Shown piece after piece: positions 36,831 to 51,040 of a stretch of DNA of 59,693 bases; position 1 is the first letter of the stretch; each line of letters opens with the position of its first letter. Under the pieces are notes generated by a model, which did no database searches, was not told the DNA's origin, and worked only from the letters and a program-made list of their open reading frames with translations. The stretch comes from Phoronis australis (lineage: Eukaryota; Animalia; Phoronida). The stretch is from the NCBI GenBank assembly GCA_002633005.1, contig NMRA01000300.1, positions 481,390-541,082 on the forward strand, in the 5' to 3' direction. The translations under genes were made by a program, and so were the position numbers.

Positions 36831-37959
36831 CTTTATTTGACTTTATTTGAACATGAGGCCACCGGCCTCACAATTGTAAAGACAAACCTAATACATGCGT
36901 ACATAGCCATTAAACACTCAATATTTGCTTTGCGCTGAAATATTTCAGTGTTTGCTGTCCTCGAGTTAAAAAGAGACCAGATATCGCTAACGTGACAGCG
37001 TGGTATAAACTGTTGGTATTTTAGAATGTAACGTGCAATCTCTTCAGTCTCAATCTCTAGCTCCCGGATTACAAACGTTACAGACTCCATTTCTTAAACT
37101 GTTTTCAATTTCTAATGTGGTGTGAGTTAAACATCTAATGTTCGCTGTATTTAATATTTGCTGCAGAGTTACCTCCGCACATTACGTCGCACAAGACAAC
37201 TCAACCTTAACTCCCCGCTCTGTAACATTCGCACTTATTTTCTACATCCAACAGGTAACATCTCCCAGCCTTTGTTTGAATTCCGACAAAAATATTGTTC
37301 ATCACCGACTCTCTGGTTCAACCATACATCTCACAAAATCTGTTCTATACAAATCATTTTAGTACAGGTACACAGCATATGCCCTTCATATAACATCAAA
37401 AACATTGTTTTGGAAGAATATTATGTTGCATTTCAGTTCAATTTTTTTCAAATATTTTATAGTCCTACGCATATAAGACACAAATAAATCGTGACGGCCA
37501 CAGTCTCCCTTTGCCATGGCAATGGTCGGCTTAATATCACTAGACAGTAGCCATTTACAAAATTTTGTATGAACATTTTCATTTCATGCGGCAAGTATCC
37601 TACATTTCTGCTTCATAAAATAAAATGAGTGTTGTAATTGTGTCAAACAATTCAATATTCTACAAATACACACTGATCACTGACAAATTCCACAGCAAAC
37701 CTGGGTCACTCGTCAGGCAATTAGGAAATGAGCACAATCTGGACGGTCTAACCGGCACAACTTCATACACCCACGTGTCGCAGCACTTTGGTCCGAGGCC
37801 GAGGGCCTGGCATTGCTCGATCGCTCTAGGATCATGATGGCAGCAGTTTGCTCGTTTTCTTTATAAAATTTACAAATACACTTACAAGGTGGCGTGTCCC
37901 TCATCATAACGCTGCTTTTGTGTTTGCATGGTCGAAACACGATTCCTTTAAATGTACCA

Positions 37960-38283
37960 AACCAAGTGTGTCTCCCGACTGAATGGCATGTTCCACGCTG
38001 ACATCCCACACTCTCGTGCGGCGCACTAACCGATGCCATTTCTGTGCAACTTTCACCAATTTAGGAAATTTGAACACAGAAGTCTTCTCGGTCAAGCTGC
38101 TGTTGCTACAACCACCACAAACGCTCGTTTTTATGCCTAAACACTGTCAAACGTATTTTTGACGAGGTGAAACCCTCTTATTCGGTGACCGGATTTAGCT
38201 TGATTAACGTCGGTTTAAAATGCACGGTACCAATGGGGAGTATGGTAACCTCCAGATACCCATGGGCTACGTATTTCCTAATC
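37960..38283 (-). mobile_element. DNA transposon 5' end with degenerate THAP
   Basis: CGGCSNSSLTEKTSVFKFPK..AQKWHRLVRRTRVW; 38150-38283 matches 14603-14755 in inverted orientation. Confidence 0.6.
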
Positions 38284-38619
38284 TAAGTAGATAGCTTGAA
38301 AGCGTTCAGGCTGTATTTTCCTCTTCTTTTGGGACATGAAAACCAATGAATACCATTAAACTTGACTAGAAAAGTGAAAATTAGACAATGCCGGTTTTTG
38401 TATTTCCAAAATTGGTCAAATGCTAGCGATTAGCGATTTTGAATAGAACAGTACAAGCCTAGTTGAGTTATGCATTGGAAAGTTCCCAGCATGACTTGTC
38501 ATCTCATTTGCTGCATCAGTAACTCACAATAGAAGCCGAGCCTGAAAGAATGTGGATAAACCGGTTGTGATGATACGACAAGACTACAGACGGCTGCGGA
38601 CCAATGAGAAGGCTGGGAA

Positions 38620-39300
38620 AGCGTCATGTAGCCTTGTACAAAGGAGTGGGTGGACCCGTCGTAAATGAGAAAAAAGGGGACCGGTGCATAAAAAGAGGAG
38701 TCCACTTGCTTACTTTTATGTATTTAATTAGTGAAATACCACGTATACCATGGTGTATACTAGAGGTAAGTTTTAACAGAGTCGAAATAAGCCCGGTGTG
38801 CCCGTCACCACTAAATTTTCCCGAGATTCAAATCAAAAATTGACTAATTGCGCGACTTGCTTTCACTTTTTCGAAGAAATCAGTGGATGACGCGAACACT
38901 AGATTAATGTTTTCGAAGAAATTGCCACGTGGTAGATTTGGCGGTATAAATTGATTGAAGAGCTTTAAGTTGGTTCAGTCGTTTGCTGATCATCGTCATT
39001 TCACTGTGTTTCTGTGTCACAGGTGTCTTTCTATCCATGGAGCATGCGACTGTAGTCGACGCACAACAGAGATAAACGCTTACTCTTGAGTTCATCGTGT
39101 AAGTAGTTCGCTTTGAAATATTTTAGTGTTAAAGCTACATTGCAATGTTCGGCTGTCTAAAAGCCACGAAAGCTGAATTACTGACCGTTTCCGATATTTT
39201 AACATCTCTCACCATGATAGGGTTCCTTCCATCTCGTTAACCCCCCNGACTCAAGTCACCAGCGATTTGTCCATATGCCGTTTTCGAACTTACAGTTTTA
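38620..39300 (+). repeat. Family B, diverged copy
   Basis: GTGAAATACCACGTATACCATGGTGTATACTAGAGG..TCGAAATAAGC is colinear with 1591 onward. Confidence 0.75.
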
Positions 39301-40440
39301 GTTGATGCAACGTGCCCGTATTTTGAGAACGAGTTTGATGCCTGTTATTCAGTGAAGAAAGATGGTTCTTAAAATTCGGGCACGTTATATCAGACCATTA
39401 TCCACAATTGGTCACAGTAACAGTGAAATATTGAAGTTCAAGTACCAACTCAATGTGCTTTGAGTGAAAGTCGTCGCCACACTCCCGTTTTTCCCTCCAT
39501 CTGTGGTCTCAAGCTATGCCATTAGTTTTCCGAAATCATCGTTCTATAGGTTACGTAATGAACCTCAATTTCGGATACCTAGGGGACATAGAAAGAAATA
39601 ACCCCGATCACTCTCTAGCGGGGCCAAGAGACATGTGAGGAAGTGTAATTTTAAAAATCTTGACGAGTCGAAATTGATTCAATCATCGGATCCCACTCTT
39701 AGACGGAAACATGACATGAAAGGAATGACGTAAAATTTCACAACACAGTAAAAGAATGATATTTGATTCTGTAAACGGGAACACCTCCAAGGACATTACA
39801 GGTTATTCAAATGTCTTGTCCCTGGTATTTATGACTTTAAAAAAGATTCCCATCATGTGAATATTGCAATACGCTTTAGAAAATGGTATTTCCGATGAAC
39901 AAAAGCGCTAAATTTACTAATTTGATCCGAATACGGTTGATTATATGTGGGAGGGGTCTAAGGATATTCACACGAAGTTTGATAAATTTAAACACCTTTT
40001 GTTAGCAAACGTAAACAGATGAGAGACCGACTTACGTGGACTAGCTGATATTTTGAGCATAGAATCAAACAAGACCAATGAAAATAGTTTATTTGGGTCT
40101 AGTCTATTTTTTCTGAAGTCTAATGCAGTGATGCGGTAATTTTAGATGATCTAATTTTCGCATGATCCCTGGACCCAGCTGGAATAGCTTTGGGTCCAAT
40201 ATTCAGCCCGTCGCCACGTGATGCCAGCTAAAATGAATTGTGATCTGTCTGTTTACCCAGCGATATATGGTGCCACCTATGAGGAGTTGGCTTCAATATG
40301 AAGGGGACGGGACCACATACATTTTTATCTTTGTGTCAAAAATGCATCATAATAAATGTCCTTCATTTCGCCAACCCACTGTCTCCTTTCCAGCGCTGGA
40401 AACTAGCTTGAGGCTCACGTTGATTTATCGGCAGGGCAAT

Positions 40441-42349
40441 GGCGCTATTCGGAGAATTCTACTCGCGGTGTCGCTGCTGTACTAGTGGTCATTGAATTGC
40501 GCATGCGTCGCTGTCTGCATGTTAACAGCTGGTAAAAAGACGGATTGTTATCAAAATACGTCGTCGCGCAAAGCCTTATTGCTATTTTCTCTGGTGCAAG
40601 TTTTCGACAGGTGGTCACAACTTACCAAAAGACCTAAGGTTACTACATTCGCAGAGCATTGCGGTCAAAAGGGTCAACCAACTGACAAAAAGTATGTGGA
40701 TGCCGAAGCCCCTTTGGGAGACTACATAACGTAACTTCGTAAGTTTTTAGCAATGAAGTTTCTATTGACATCGTTCGGTGATGTTATCCCCACCAGTTAC
40801 CCCACTGAATAGCGGGTTATGGAACTAAGTGTATCTTTTCGGAAACTCACCGGATGCCGGGTAGGCTAGCTAGCAGCAAATATTCACATATTGTCCTCCA
40901 GGGGTGGGAATGCCCCCAATATAAGAGGTGTATGGTACGTGACGCTCAGAAGTCAAGGATGGCTTTTTCACAGCAGTTTCTCTTCAAAGCTATGTTATGT
41001 CCAATAAAATTCTCTAGACGAGTGAGTTTCCTTATTTTATGGCGGACTCCAACCCCAGGACTACCAGATTAGTTACTGAATTAACCGATAAATAAGCTAT
41101 TCAGTAAACGTCATAACATTGCATTGGAATAAAAATTGACACCTAGGATGAATTTTACTTGTTGAGGTCAGATGCACGTTTTAGGTGTCGTGAAAAATAC
41201 ACATTATTAAATCCCCTTTAGCCTGTTTCACATAGTTTAATTCAGATCTTAAATAAGACTTGGGTACAAAGATTATTAGTTTCTACATTCAAACATGAAG
41301 ATGAAACGTCAAGTATGTTCTGCCTTACTAAAGTAGTTTTGTCTTGTGTTTTCTTTCATAATTTGTTAATATTTCTCAAACTATTCTGTTACAGGTGAGA
41401 GAAAACGACTGAAACCAGCCTCCTGACCGCCTATTTTACCTTTGGACAAAGTGAAAAGCAATGCTTCAGCATTAACCTGAGAGCATTGAACCTAATTCAG
41501 AAATTCATCCCTTGATATGCCTGATTTTGGACTCCATTGCTTGGGAAAATTACAATTGTTTTTAGCAATGTTGTTTCTTTATATACTTTTCTTGCATGTG
41601 GAACTTTTGATGTGGACAAGTTAACACAAAACTTAAAATTGTCCAAAGGCCTTCTTAAGAAAGCTCTAAAATAATTAAACACACAAACAAATCAAATGCA
41701 AACAAAGGGGATACTTCATTTTGATCGCTGCACATTTCTAGAGGTCAACACTGAGGAAAACGACATTCGCAAGCGTAATCGCTAATCATTTCAGCTTTAA
41801 AAAGAATAAGCACAACTGCACTGTGTGGGGCTTTAAAACTAAGGAAATATTGTGGTTTCAATAATTAGTGACAACCTTGCATGTTGATGAAAATTTTATT
41901 CGATCATCAAAGTGTAACATTAACTGGCTTTCTACTGACAATAAGACCATCCATGCAGTCACTCAATGTCATTTCCTCATAATGTGTACCAAATTGAAAA
42001 GTTTTTACCATTAGTATAAAGCCTTTCTTCTGAATGGAAAAGTTAATGTCACTCAGTGAGAAATAACAGGTTTTATACTAGATGCTTTTGGTTTTCATTT
42101 CACAGAGATCTAGTTTCAATAGCCCAAGCACTTGTGAAAAGGTCCAGCTTCGGCATGTGGCTTTTCTCCAGGTGACCTCATTCAGCCTCAATTAGATCAT
42201 TGAAGGTAAACACAACAGCATATCACTTGACTCGTTTTGTTCCCAAAATCTGACACCATGTATTTAAGGAGCTCGCGAAATCGAGGCTGTTAATCTATCA
42301 CCACTAGTACACGCGCGCCCTCTAGTTAATGTGAATTTTCCGAATAGCC
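40441..42349. mobile_element. 1.9 kb non-autonomous TIR element (Harbinger-like G-rich ends)
   Basis: GCTATTCGGAGAATTC..TGTACTAGTGGT at left vs ACCACTAGTACA..GAATTTTCCGAATAGC at right; the right end is repeated at 170-263. Confidence 0.55.
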
Positions 42350-42447
42350 TCGTTGTCTTCTATCAAAATACTATATAATGTTACTGAAACAATGTTCATG
42401 GTGTTTACTTTGTAACAGCTGCGTCTAATATGTATCGATGAAAGCAA

Positions 42448-44620
42448 TTTTTTTTAACATTTATTAAGTAGCGTGAGACATTTACTAAATTTAAAGGGAA
42501 TATACACATTCATACACTCATTCACTCCGGGGGCCTAAATCTTAGTTGTAACCTCAGTCAACGAAACAAAAGAACCATAGGAGACCATCTCTTATGAAAT
42601 TCCAAAAGTTCACAATGTTTGGCAAAAATGTATTTTTCAATTTTGAAGTATTCATATATCTCTGCCTTGAGATGTTCAATACAGGGCAAGCGTTTTTCTA
42701 ACCTACGACGAAAAAAATTATATTTACCCAATATCAATACTAGATTTATTACTTTTGATTCAGAATGCTTACCAAAAAGGATATCGATGATGGCAGGATT
42801 TAAGGTTGTATTTACTTTTTGGTCGATCCATCGAAATAATGCCAATGGAGAAAAGTGTTTGTACTTAAAATTCTATGGGTCAATCTAATTTGAAACCATT
42901 CTAATTTCGTATCAGATGTGAAGTCTACAGAGCAACATTAGGTTTTTCTCCACCATTCATCAGATAATTGCAAATTCAACAATCTCCCATTTTAACTCAA
43001 ATTTTGGTTTTCTATATAGCTGATAAACTAAAGTATCATAGATAAATTTATTTGGCTTTTGGCAAAAAAGGGTGTTAGAGAATACCTGTGAAAAATTAGG
43101 TAAAGTAACTTGAAAGATGTGACCTTTACTATCTTTTAGATATGATCGTAATATACTCCTAAGACCAAGGTATTCAGTGAAGGGTGGAGAAAAATCATGT
43201 ACGTTACAGAAAGTTTCATAATTCATAAACGTCCCATTAGGGTCTAAAAAGTCATAAATAAATACAATATTTTTCTCATACCACCTTCTATAGTATAAAT
43301 TCTTTTACCTGCCAAAATATTAGAGTTGTACCACAAAGGTTCATTTATAATAATTTCTCTTTTTATAGGAAATTTACTCAAAAATTCTTTAATGTAAGAG
43401 AATATCTCTTTCTAGAACAAATTTGAAATATTTTTGGACCAGATCTCATAAAATGTTGTGCCAAAGCACAGGTAGTTACGATGGGTATTAAAAAAGTTAT
43501 TTCGCGACAAAATATCCATCCACAACTCTTCACTACATGAATTTATTTTACGAAACCATGAAACCTTTAAAGATTTGATGAAAGAGCTAATGTGTATCAG
43601 TTTACAGCCTCCATGCGTGAAAGTTTGACCGATTTTATTGTTTTTACCATCCTGTACAAAATTATAGAAAAGTTTTTCTAGTCTTTGAATCGTTTCCTGT
43701 AACGGGGAAGGTAATGCAATAAACAAATGAGTTAGCTTGGAAATCATAAATGATTTAATTACAGTTATTTTTCCCACGGGAATCAAAATTCTTTTGGCCC
43801 ACGTCCTGAGACCACCTTCAATTTCACTGATCTTTTCTTCATAATTTAATGTGGTTGTTTCAGGCAGCTCAACACCAAATTTAATACCAAGTGTGGTGAA
43901 ATATTTTTTCTCCAAAGTAGCTCTCTCTCAGAGCATAACCTTATGTCACTGTATTTCGTAGACCCTATCCATACACATTCGGTTTTCTTCTAAATTAGGT
44001 TTTAGTCCAGAGAACTTGAAAAATTGGTCTAAAAGATTCAGGGTTTCATTCAGAGAGTCGCTAGACCCATTAAGAGTTAAGACTGTATCATCGGCATACT
44101 GCATTATTTTATGAGATCTGCTCCCAATAGAAATGCCTTTAATTTTCGAATTCTGACGGACCATAATTGCCATGACCTTCTCGCACAGTATGAAGAGATA
44201 TGGAGAAATCGGATACCCCTGTCGACACCCGCGCCCAATCGCAAAATATTCTGACGTGAAATTATGTTGTATAACAGAAAGACGTGAACCCTCATTTAGA
44301 AGATGAATCCAATCAATAAAATTTTCGCTACAATTAAAGAATTTGAGAACTCTATAAATGAAATTCCACAAAATAGAATCAAAAGCCTTCTCAAAGTCAA
44401 CAAGTACTAAAAGGCCTGGACTGTTAATTTCTTCTGCATAATGGATCAAATCATAAGTATTCCTAGTGTTTTCCCCTATATGTCTACCCTTGATAAAACC
44501 CCTTTGATTTTCATGAACTAATGAAGTAATTATCAGTTTCAATCTCTGCGCGAGACAACCTGACAAAATCTTATAACTGGTATTGAGTAATGAGATAGGA
44601 CGCCAGTTTGTCAGGTACTC
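42448..44620 (-). mobile_element. 5'-truncated Tx1/L1 LINE, ORF2 reverse transcriptase pseudogene
   Basis: NWRPISLLNTSYKIL, QRGFIKGRHIGEN, DFEKAFDS, GCRQGYPISPYLF, QYADDT; broken into four frames; AATAAA and short A-tail at 42465-42448; the zinc-knuckle part appears deleted. Confidence 0.92.
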
Positions 44621-47600
44621 TGAAAACAAAAGTTGGGTAAATTGAGAAATTAACTCCAGGCTTTTATAATGTACAATTGCTTCACCGTATTTGACGTAAA
44701 GTAATTATGAAAATAATTTCAAAAAGTGTTATTAGACACCTACTCACTACAGTCCTTGCTTTTCATTAGTAGACTAATTTTCTTAATCTTTACTTTTGTT
44801 AAGAAATATGACAAAATAAAATTTCACTTGTCAGCCTCAGTGTGGGCCAAATAATAGAATAATTACCGTAAGCTCGTTTTGAATAGACTATATGCCTATG
44901 TTGCCTTTGCAATTTGTATGGACTGTTAAGCCATTCATCTAAAGAGTATAACGAGAAAATTATTTAAAAGTTTGTATCACGGGACTGCCTTGTCAAAACA
45001 TTATATCTCGGCCAAACATTGCTAAATCATGTTCACTAAACTGGCTATTGGTCTCAAGCGACATGAGTCTTAATCAAAAGTCGCAAATTAGACATTTGGT
45101 TCGAAATTTCTTGAGGTGAAACAATTGTTTTATTATCATTTTTTCCTCTGTGAAGATATTCTGGAAAGTATTGAAGAGGATTTTACTTTGTTCGAGTAAT
45201 TTAATTCTAAGGTTTACCATCCTGGCAGTTGCATCAAATTCGTTCTCAAAACGCATTGTGTTGACTGATATCTTGGTGAAACCGGCTAGGGTCGGACGGA
45301 AACGGGTGCGATATCTCAAGAAAAAAGCTGTGGATTTTCTGTATTTTTTGCAGCGACGTGTATTTGAGGCGTCTGTAGTCGTCTGTAGAGTCTCGTGACC
45401 TTGACATGAATTCTACGGTCACAGTGAGAAAACATTGACGCAACATCTCAAACGCCCAAACCAAGTCGACAACTAAATTGTAGGCCGTCAGCATGACGAA
45501 AATGCTAAAACGTCCCCTAACATGCTGGAGCTTGCTTGTGAACATGAAGCCGAATCTCTGTAATGCGTATTCATCATTTGCAGTCTCCGATAAGTCACAA
45601 GAAAAAAGAAATAGAAGCATGTCCTTCGAGCTGTGAGGAACAAAAAAGCAATCGGCAGCAAATAACAGCAAAGACGATGTCAAATCTAGAGTCTGAATTT
45701 AGCCAGATCACACTTGAAAGCCAGGAGGTAGGTGCAAAATGATCATTTTTGTGTTTTTACATGGGATAGTAGACTATTAGTTTAAATTGTACGTTTCTCT
45801 TATGGAGAAATGTAGAACCTGTATGTTTTTTGTGCTTTGTCCTCACATCGGTGCTTGGAGTCTGTTTTAGTATAGAGATATTTTAACGTTGTTACACGTA
45901 TTTTACTTAATAAATTATAGTTGACACGGAGTGGTTCACTAAATAACCCGTATCCCCCAACGACTGCAAAATATGGCATACAGAATTGCATTATAAAATG
46001 GGTTAATAATTGGGACTTTCATGGCTTAACGACGTGTTCTGATAGTAGTCTTTAGAAAACACCATTACAGTGAATGCGCTACAGAAACACAGCGTCAAAT
46101 AAATGCAGTCAATGTTCCGTGGTACAGGTTTTTTCTTTCTATTGGCACTGAATGGTTCAGCAGCAGGTGTATCTATCTCGTCATTGCAAATCAATTTGAA
46201 AATTTTACGGGGTTTCACATCAGCAGAATACTAGAAATGCACGGACTTTTTCAAGTTTATAAACCGCAAGATTTATATGACCAGTGGATGCTTTAAAAAT
46301 AAATTCAGAGATGTACGAGTATATATCGAAAACACTGCTCAGAAGTGCAGTTGATCACCTCCATGTTCGCTAGAAAACCGTGCTTTTGACAACGGACGAC
46401 CACGAATTTCGGATGAATCGTTCTACCGTTGTGGCAATTTTAGTTTTTAACCATTAACGTGAAAAGCACATACAATGTGCTGGGAAATCCACATAATTAG
46501 TGTAATTAAGAAAGAAATAGCATGACGTAGACAACACTTTGTTTTAGAGACCTAAGATAGTTTCCTCGGTCCACGCGCAAGCCAAAACCACGAATAAATT
46601 GTAGCTCAACATTATGACATATACAGCAAAATGTCATGTAACATGCTGCTGTTTGATGTTGAATATGTAGCCGAAACTCGGTAATGTTTATCCTTCATTT
46701 ACAGTCGAGTGACAATCAAGAAGAAACGGCGGAAGATCCTTCCAGCAAAAAGGTATGTCAATAACTTTCGTGTTGATGATTTATTTATACTTAGGATTGT
46801 GGATATTCGCAATTACTGTTAAATGCATACGATTCGTCTTATTTGTACTTATACATTTCTGCTTTCAGGAATATAAAACCAATACGCTTTTTGCGCTGTG
46901 ACTTCTTGTCAGTTTTGGAGTTTTAGAATTGATTGTCTAATTAATTGAAACTTTTAACGCTCTTACACCCACTTTTCGCAACAAATTACAATTGACACGA
47001 AGTGGTTCACTTCCATATGTAAGCCCTCGATTGCAAAACTAAGAGATACATAATAGCATTTTAAAATGGGTACATAATCGGGACATTCATGGTTTAACGA
47101 CGTGTTCTGTTCGTAGCCATTTAAAACATCAAAATAGTGATTGCTCTGAAGAAACACAGCGTCAGTTAAATGCTGTCAGGGTTCCAAGACGCATGAAGAT
47201 TTTTTCCATTCCATTGGCACAGGATGATTTAGCAGTTGTATATATCTCATCATTGCTGATCAATATGAAAACTTCACTGAGATTCACATCATTAGAATAA
47301 TTGAATTGCATAGACTTTTTCAAGGATATAAACCGCAAGATTTGTATGGTCAGTGGATTCCTCAAAAACAGATTCAGTGGTGTACGAGTGCATGTCGGAC
47401 ACACCGCTGAATGCTGGTTGATCACCTCCATGTTCGCTGATTTCGTGTATCTCATAATTAGATATTTTTACGGGGTCACTGGCTAAAGAGAAAATATTTC
47501 TTTTGCTGGTTCACGCTCCTGTTGCGAGGAAAATTAGTGAGCAGTTATTACATTGCATGCGAAAACAAGCGAGACTTGAAGACGTTGGAATGAGTAAAAG

Positions 47601-49040
47601 TTTGTTCCGGCATATATTGTAGCACTCCACACCAAGTAGGCCTAATTGTCGATGTTAAAGGTATATCTGATAGTTGTAATAATAAAAAGCTGCACGGTTG
47701 CTGCAGCCCTACAGCTTAATAGGTGGGAGGAGGACCATTCAATCTACTGTGCAAAAGACATAGTCTTGAACCACAGAAACTGTCTACAGTATACCCGATC
47801 GTTTGCATAGCTAACACACTGGCCGCGCATTTATAACAAAGGCCCAAACTAACCTGACTTAGGCAAACTCTTGCCCCTCACTGTGGTCTCAAGTTTCAGA
47901 TTACTCCTTATTGCCACCGGTTCATCGCCCCTGTTCGTTGCCAATCTTGCCACCCCGGGAGGAAGCCAACATAAATTGGGTACCAGTGTTGCAACAAATT
48001 TCATGAGAAAAGATCACTTTTATACATTAACGAAGTATGCGGAGTGTCTGGTATAGCATTCAGGATGTTACATAACAAATCATTCTTTAAAGGTGTATAT
48101 CATAAAAGTGAGAAACTCATACAATGTGCTGGGAAATCCACATAATTAGTGTAACTAAGAAAGAAATAGAATCACGTAGACAGCTCTTTGTTTTAGTGAC
48201 CAATGATAGTTTCCTCCTCGGTGCAGGCCCGAGCCATGTCCGCGATGAGGTTGTAGCTCAACATTATGACGTATAAGCAAAAAATGTCACCCTACATGCT
48301 GCTGTTTGCTTGTGAATATGAAGCCGGAAATCCGATGAGTCACAAAACAGAAGAAACGGCGGCAGGTCCTTCGAGCCGTGAGAAAAAATCAATGTAAAAC
48401 CTGGAGACCCAAGCATTAGTTAAGATAACACTGTCATTAGCTGAATAATACTTAAACACTTGTGAAAGATTCCAAGATAGGAAGAAATATGATGCAAGAA
48501 TTAATTCAAACATTGCCAGTTCACACTTGGTATAAATCTTCATTGCTTCATAACTTTTGATGACCATTCCAAAATACTTTATTGTTTACATGGATTCTAG
48601 AGCTGTAAGAATGGAAATTGAACCCATGACAACATATATACAGCTGTATATCCCAACTACTACTCAGCAGCTGCTGCATGAATATAAAGCAACCACATCA
48701 ACTGGTTCAACAAGCTCAAACAAGGCTCATATTACCATCTTTGATCAGCAAGCTATAAGAAACGAATTTTCAGAGACTACAATAAAGAATTACAGTGCTC
48801 GCAGAACAAATAGTGTAGCTATAAAACCCTGTTCTATACATGGAACTTAACATTTGACTTTAATCACTTTCCAGTATAAAATTTATCTCGTTGCTTATTC
48901 AGGTGAGAAATAATTTTGGTCTTCAAACAATTGGACACGTACAAATCGAAAAATGTTACCTCACATGCTGGCATTGGCTTTGAATCATATAGCCCAAATT
49001 CTGAAGTTCATGGTTTGTCCAGTCAAAAACTTTTTTCATG

Positions 49041-49876
49041 CAGTGGCAGATCTAGGATATCACAAGGGGGGCCAACATTTTGTCCAGCTGCAAGCATTTG
49101 CGCAAACCAGGATTGTAGATGCGTATAGCACCGAATGGAGGAGGCCGGGAGGGGAGTTTGCCCCCCTCCTGCCCCGGAAAATTTTCTGTTTTTTCCTCAA
49201 AAATCAAGCATTTTCCTTGATTCCTGAAGTATTATCTAAGAAAAAAAGGCAAAAAAAAACATTGAGAACGTGTCAAACAGGGAAAATCACGTATACCACA
49301 GACTCGAACACACGACGAGGCGGATAGAGCGCGCGTGCTTTGCCACTACACCACCACAAGTTAACTACTAATGGTATACTAAGAGACCTACTTGTTTATG
49401 GTCCACAGCGTTTGCGCGCGAAACCAACTTCTTTTTTTATGCTTAGTGCACGTTTTATAGTTTGTGCAATCGGTTCTTAAAAAATTGTTGTATTTAAAAT
49501 AATCCTCAAATGCCCAAAAGACCAAATCCGTTTTTCGTGTTGGCAATAATGACGGGATTGCTTTGAAAATCGTCTTAAGTTAAGGTTTGACAAAGAGAGA
49601 ATTATCAGTTTCTGAATGATTCACTAAGGCTTCGATTAAAATTCACATCTTACCAGCAGCGTCTGCTTCTTCATCGTCACTCAGGCTCCATTTTCTGTAA
49701 AAAATGAAGTACATTTTCTTCATTGCACAGTGAAGCAGACGACGGAAACGGAGTCGTAGTGCGCAGCGCCAATGCCGGTCGCCTGGGATATAGCGGGAGA
49801 GCCTATACTTAGCCATAGTCCCCCAACACTAAAACTTCAAACATTTAAATCTAGTTTCATCCGTGTAATTTCAATT
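49041..49876 (-). mobile_element. Family D copy, reverse orientation, truncated
   Basis: Starts CAGTGGCAGATCTAGGATATCAC; reverse complement of ~7505-8393. Confidence 0.85.
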
Positions 49877-50435
49877 GGGTAAATAGCAGTGCTTTAACAA
49901 GTGCATCTCAATCGGCATCGAATGAAAGAAAACCGGATGTAAAATCTAAACACTCAATCATTCTCAAAGGAAAGTCTGTTGGCAGAAAGGTGTGTGCAGA
50001 ATACGGGTTTTTGTGATATATTTATACTTGGGAAGGTAGATTTTTGCAATCTTCGTTTCCTGTAGAACATTTGTTTTCCTTTTGCGCCGTGCCCTTATAT
50101 CGGTGCTTGGAGTCTGTTTTAGTAATGATTGTTTAATTAATTGAGACTTTTTAACGTTCTTACACGTATTTTACTCAACACATTACAGCTGACACAGAGT
50201 GATTCACTTCCGTATTTCCCCCATTGACTGCAAAATAAGACACAGAATTGAATTTTAAAATGGGTTCATAATTGGGACTTTATGGTATAGCGACGAGATC
50301 TGATCGCAGTCTTTTTAAACATCAAAATAATCAATGGTCTGAAGAAACACAGCGTCAGATACATGTTGTCACTGCTTCCGACGCACAAAGTTTTTTTCCT
50401 TTTAACTGGCACTGAATGGTTCAGCAGCTGTATCT

Positions 50436-51040
50436 TATGGTGGGCCGTTGAGGGGAAAGTGTCGCCGTAAAATTACGCTCGTAATTACCAGCGTAAATTA
50501 AATTGCAGGAGTGTCGCCGTACAATTACGCTCGTAAATTAAATGGTGAAAAGTTTTGTCGTAAAATTACGCTCGTAATTACGAGCGTAAGTTAAATTGCA
50601 AAAGTGTTGCGGTAAAATTACGCCCGTAAATTAAATGGGGTAAATGTCGCCGTAAATTACGCTCGTAAAATACCTTAAGAACGTTCCAAATTTGAACCAA
50701 TCAGTGATGACCTACTGAACATACACGACTGTTGCTGGGCAGCTCGTTCTTGCACAATCGCTGACATTGCAGCAACGATTTGATCCGCCATGGTTCAGAG
50801 TTCGTATCGTAGACATGAAACCCGCCAATAAATAAGTATTTCCATGAGCGTACGCGATCTTTGTAAAATCCAACGTCATTGGCTAAGAGTTTAACTAAAT
50901 TACGAGCGTAATTTTACGCCGTAAAGAATTAAATTACGCTCGTAATTTTACGGCGTAATTAACGGCGTAAATAACGGCGTAATGTACACAATTACGCTCG
51001 TATTTTTCCGGCGACACTTTCCCCTCAACGGCCCATCATA
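50436..51040. mobile_element. Young MITE with long TIR and many AATTACGCTCGTAA sub-repeats
   Basis: TATGGTGGGCCGTTGAGGGGAAAGTGTCGCCG / CGGCGACACTTTCCCCTCAACGGCCCATCATA (31/32 match). Confidence 0.9.

Noticed and set aside
43946-44629. Retron or other novel RT system linked to the 915-aa nuclease
   Set aside because: The motifs and downstream fragments are those of an ordinary frameshifted Tx1/L1 ORF2, 20 kb away, with no ncRNA or operon link.
48557-48850. ORF repeated at 55437-55661 (MMTIPKYF...)
   Set aside because: The identity is explained by the segmental duplication; it starts at TTG and has no domain features.
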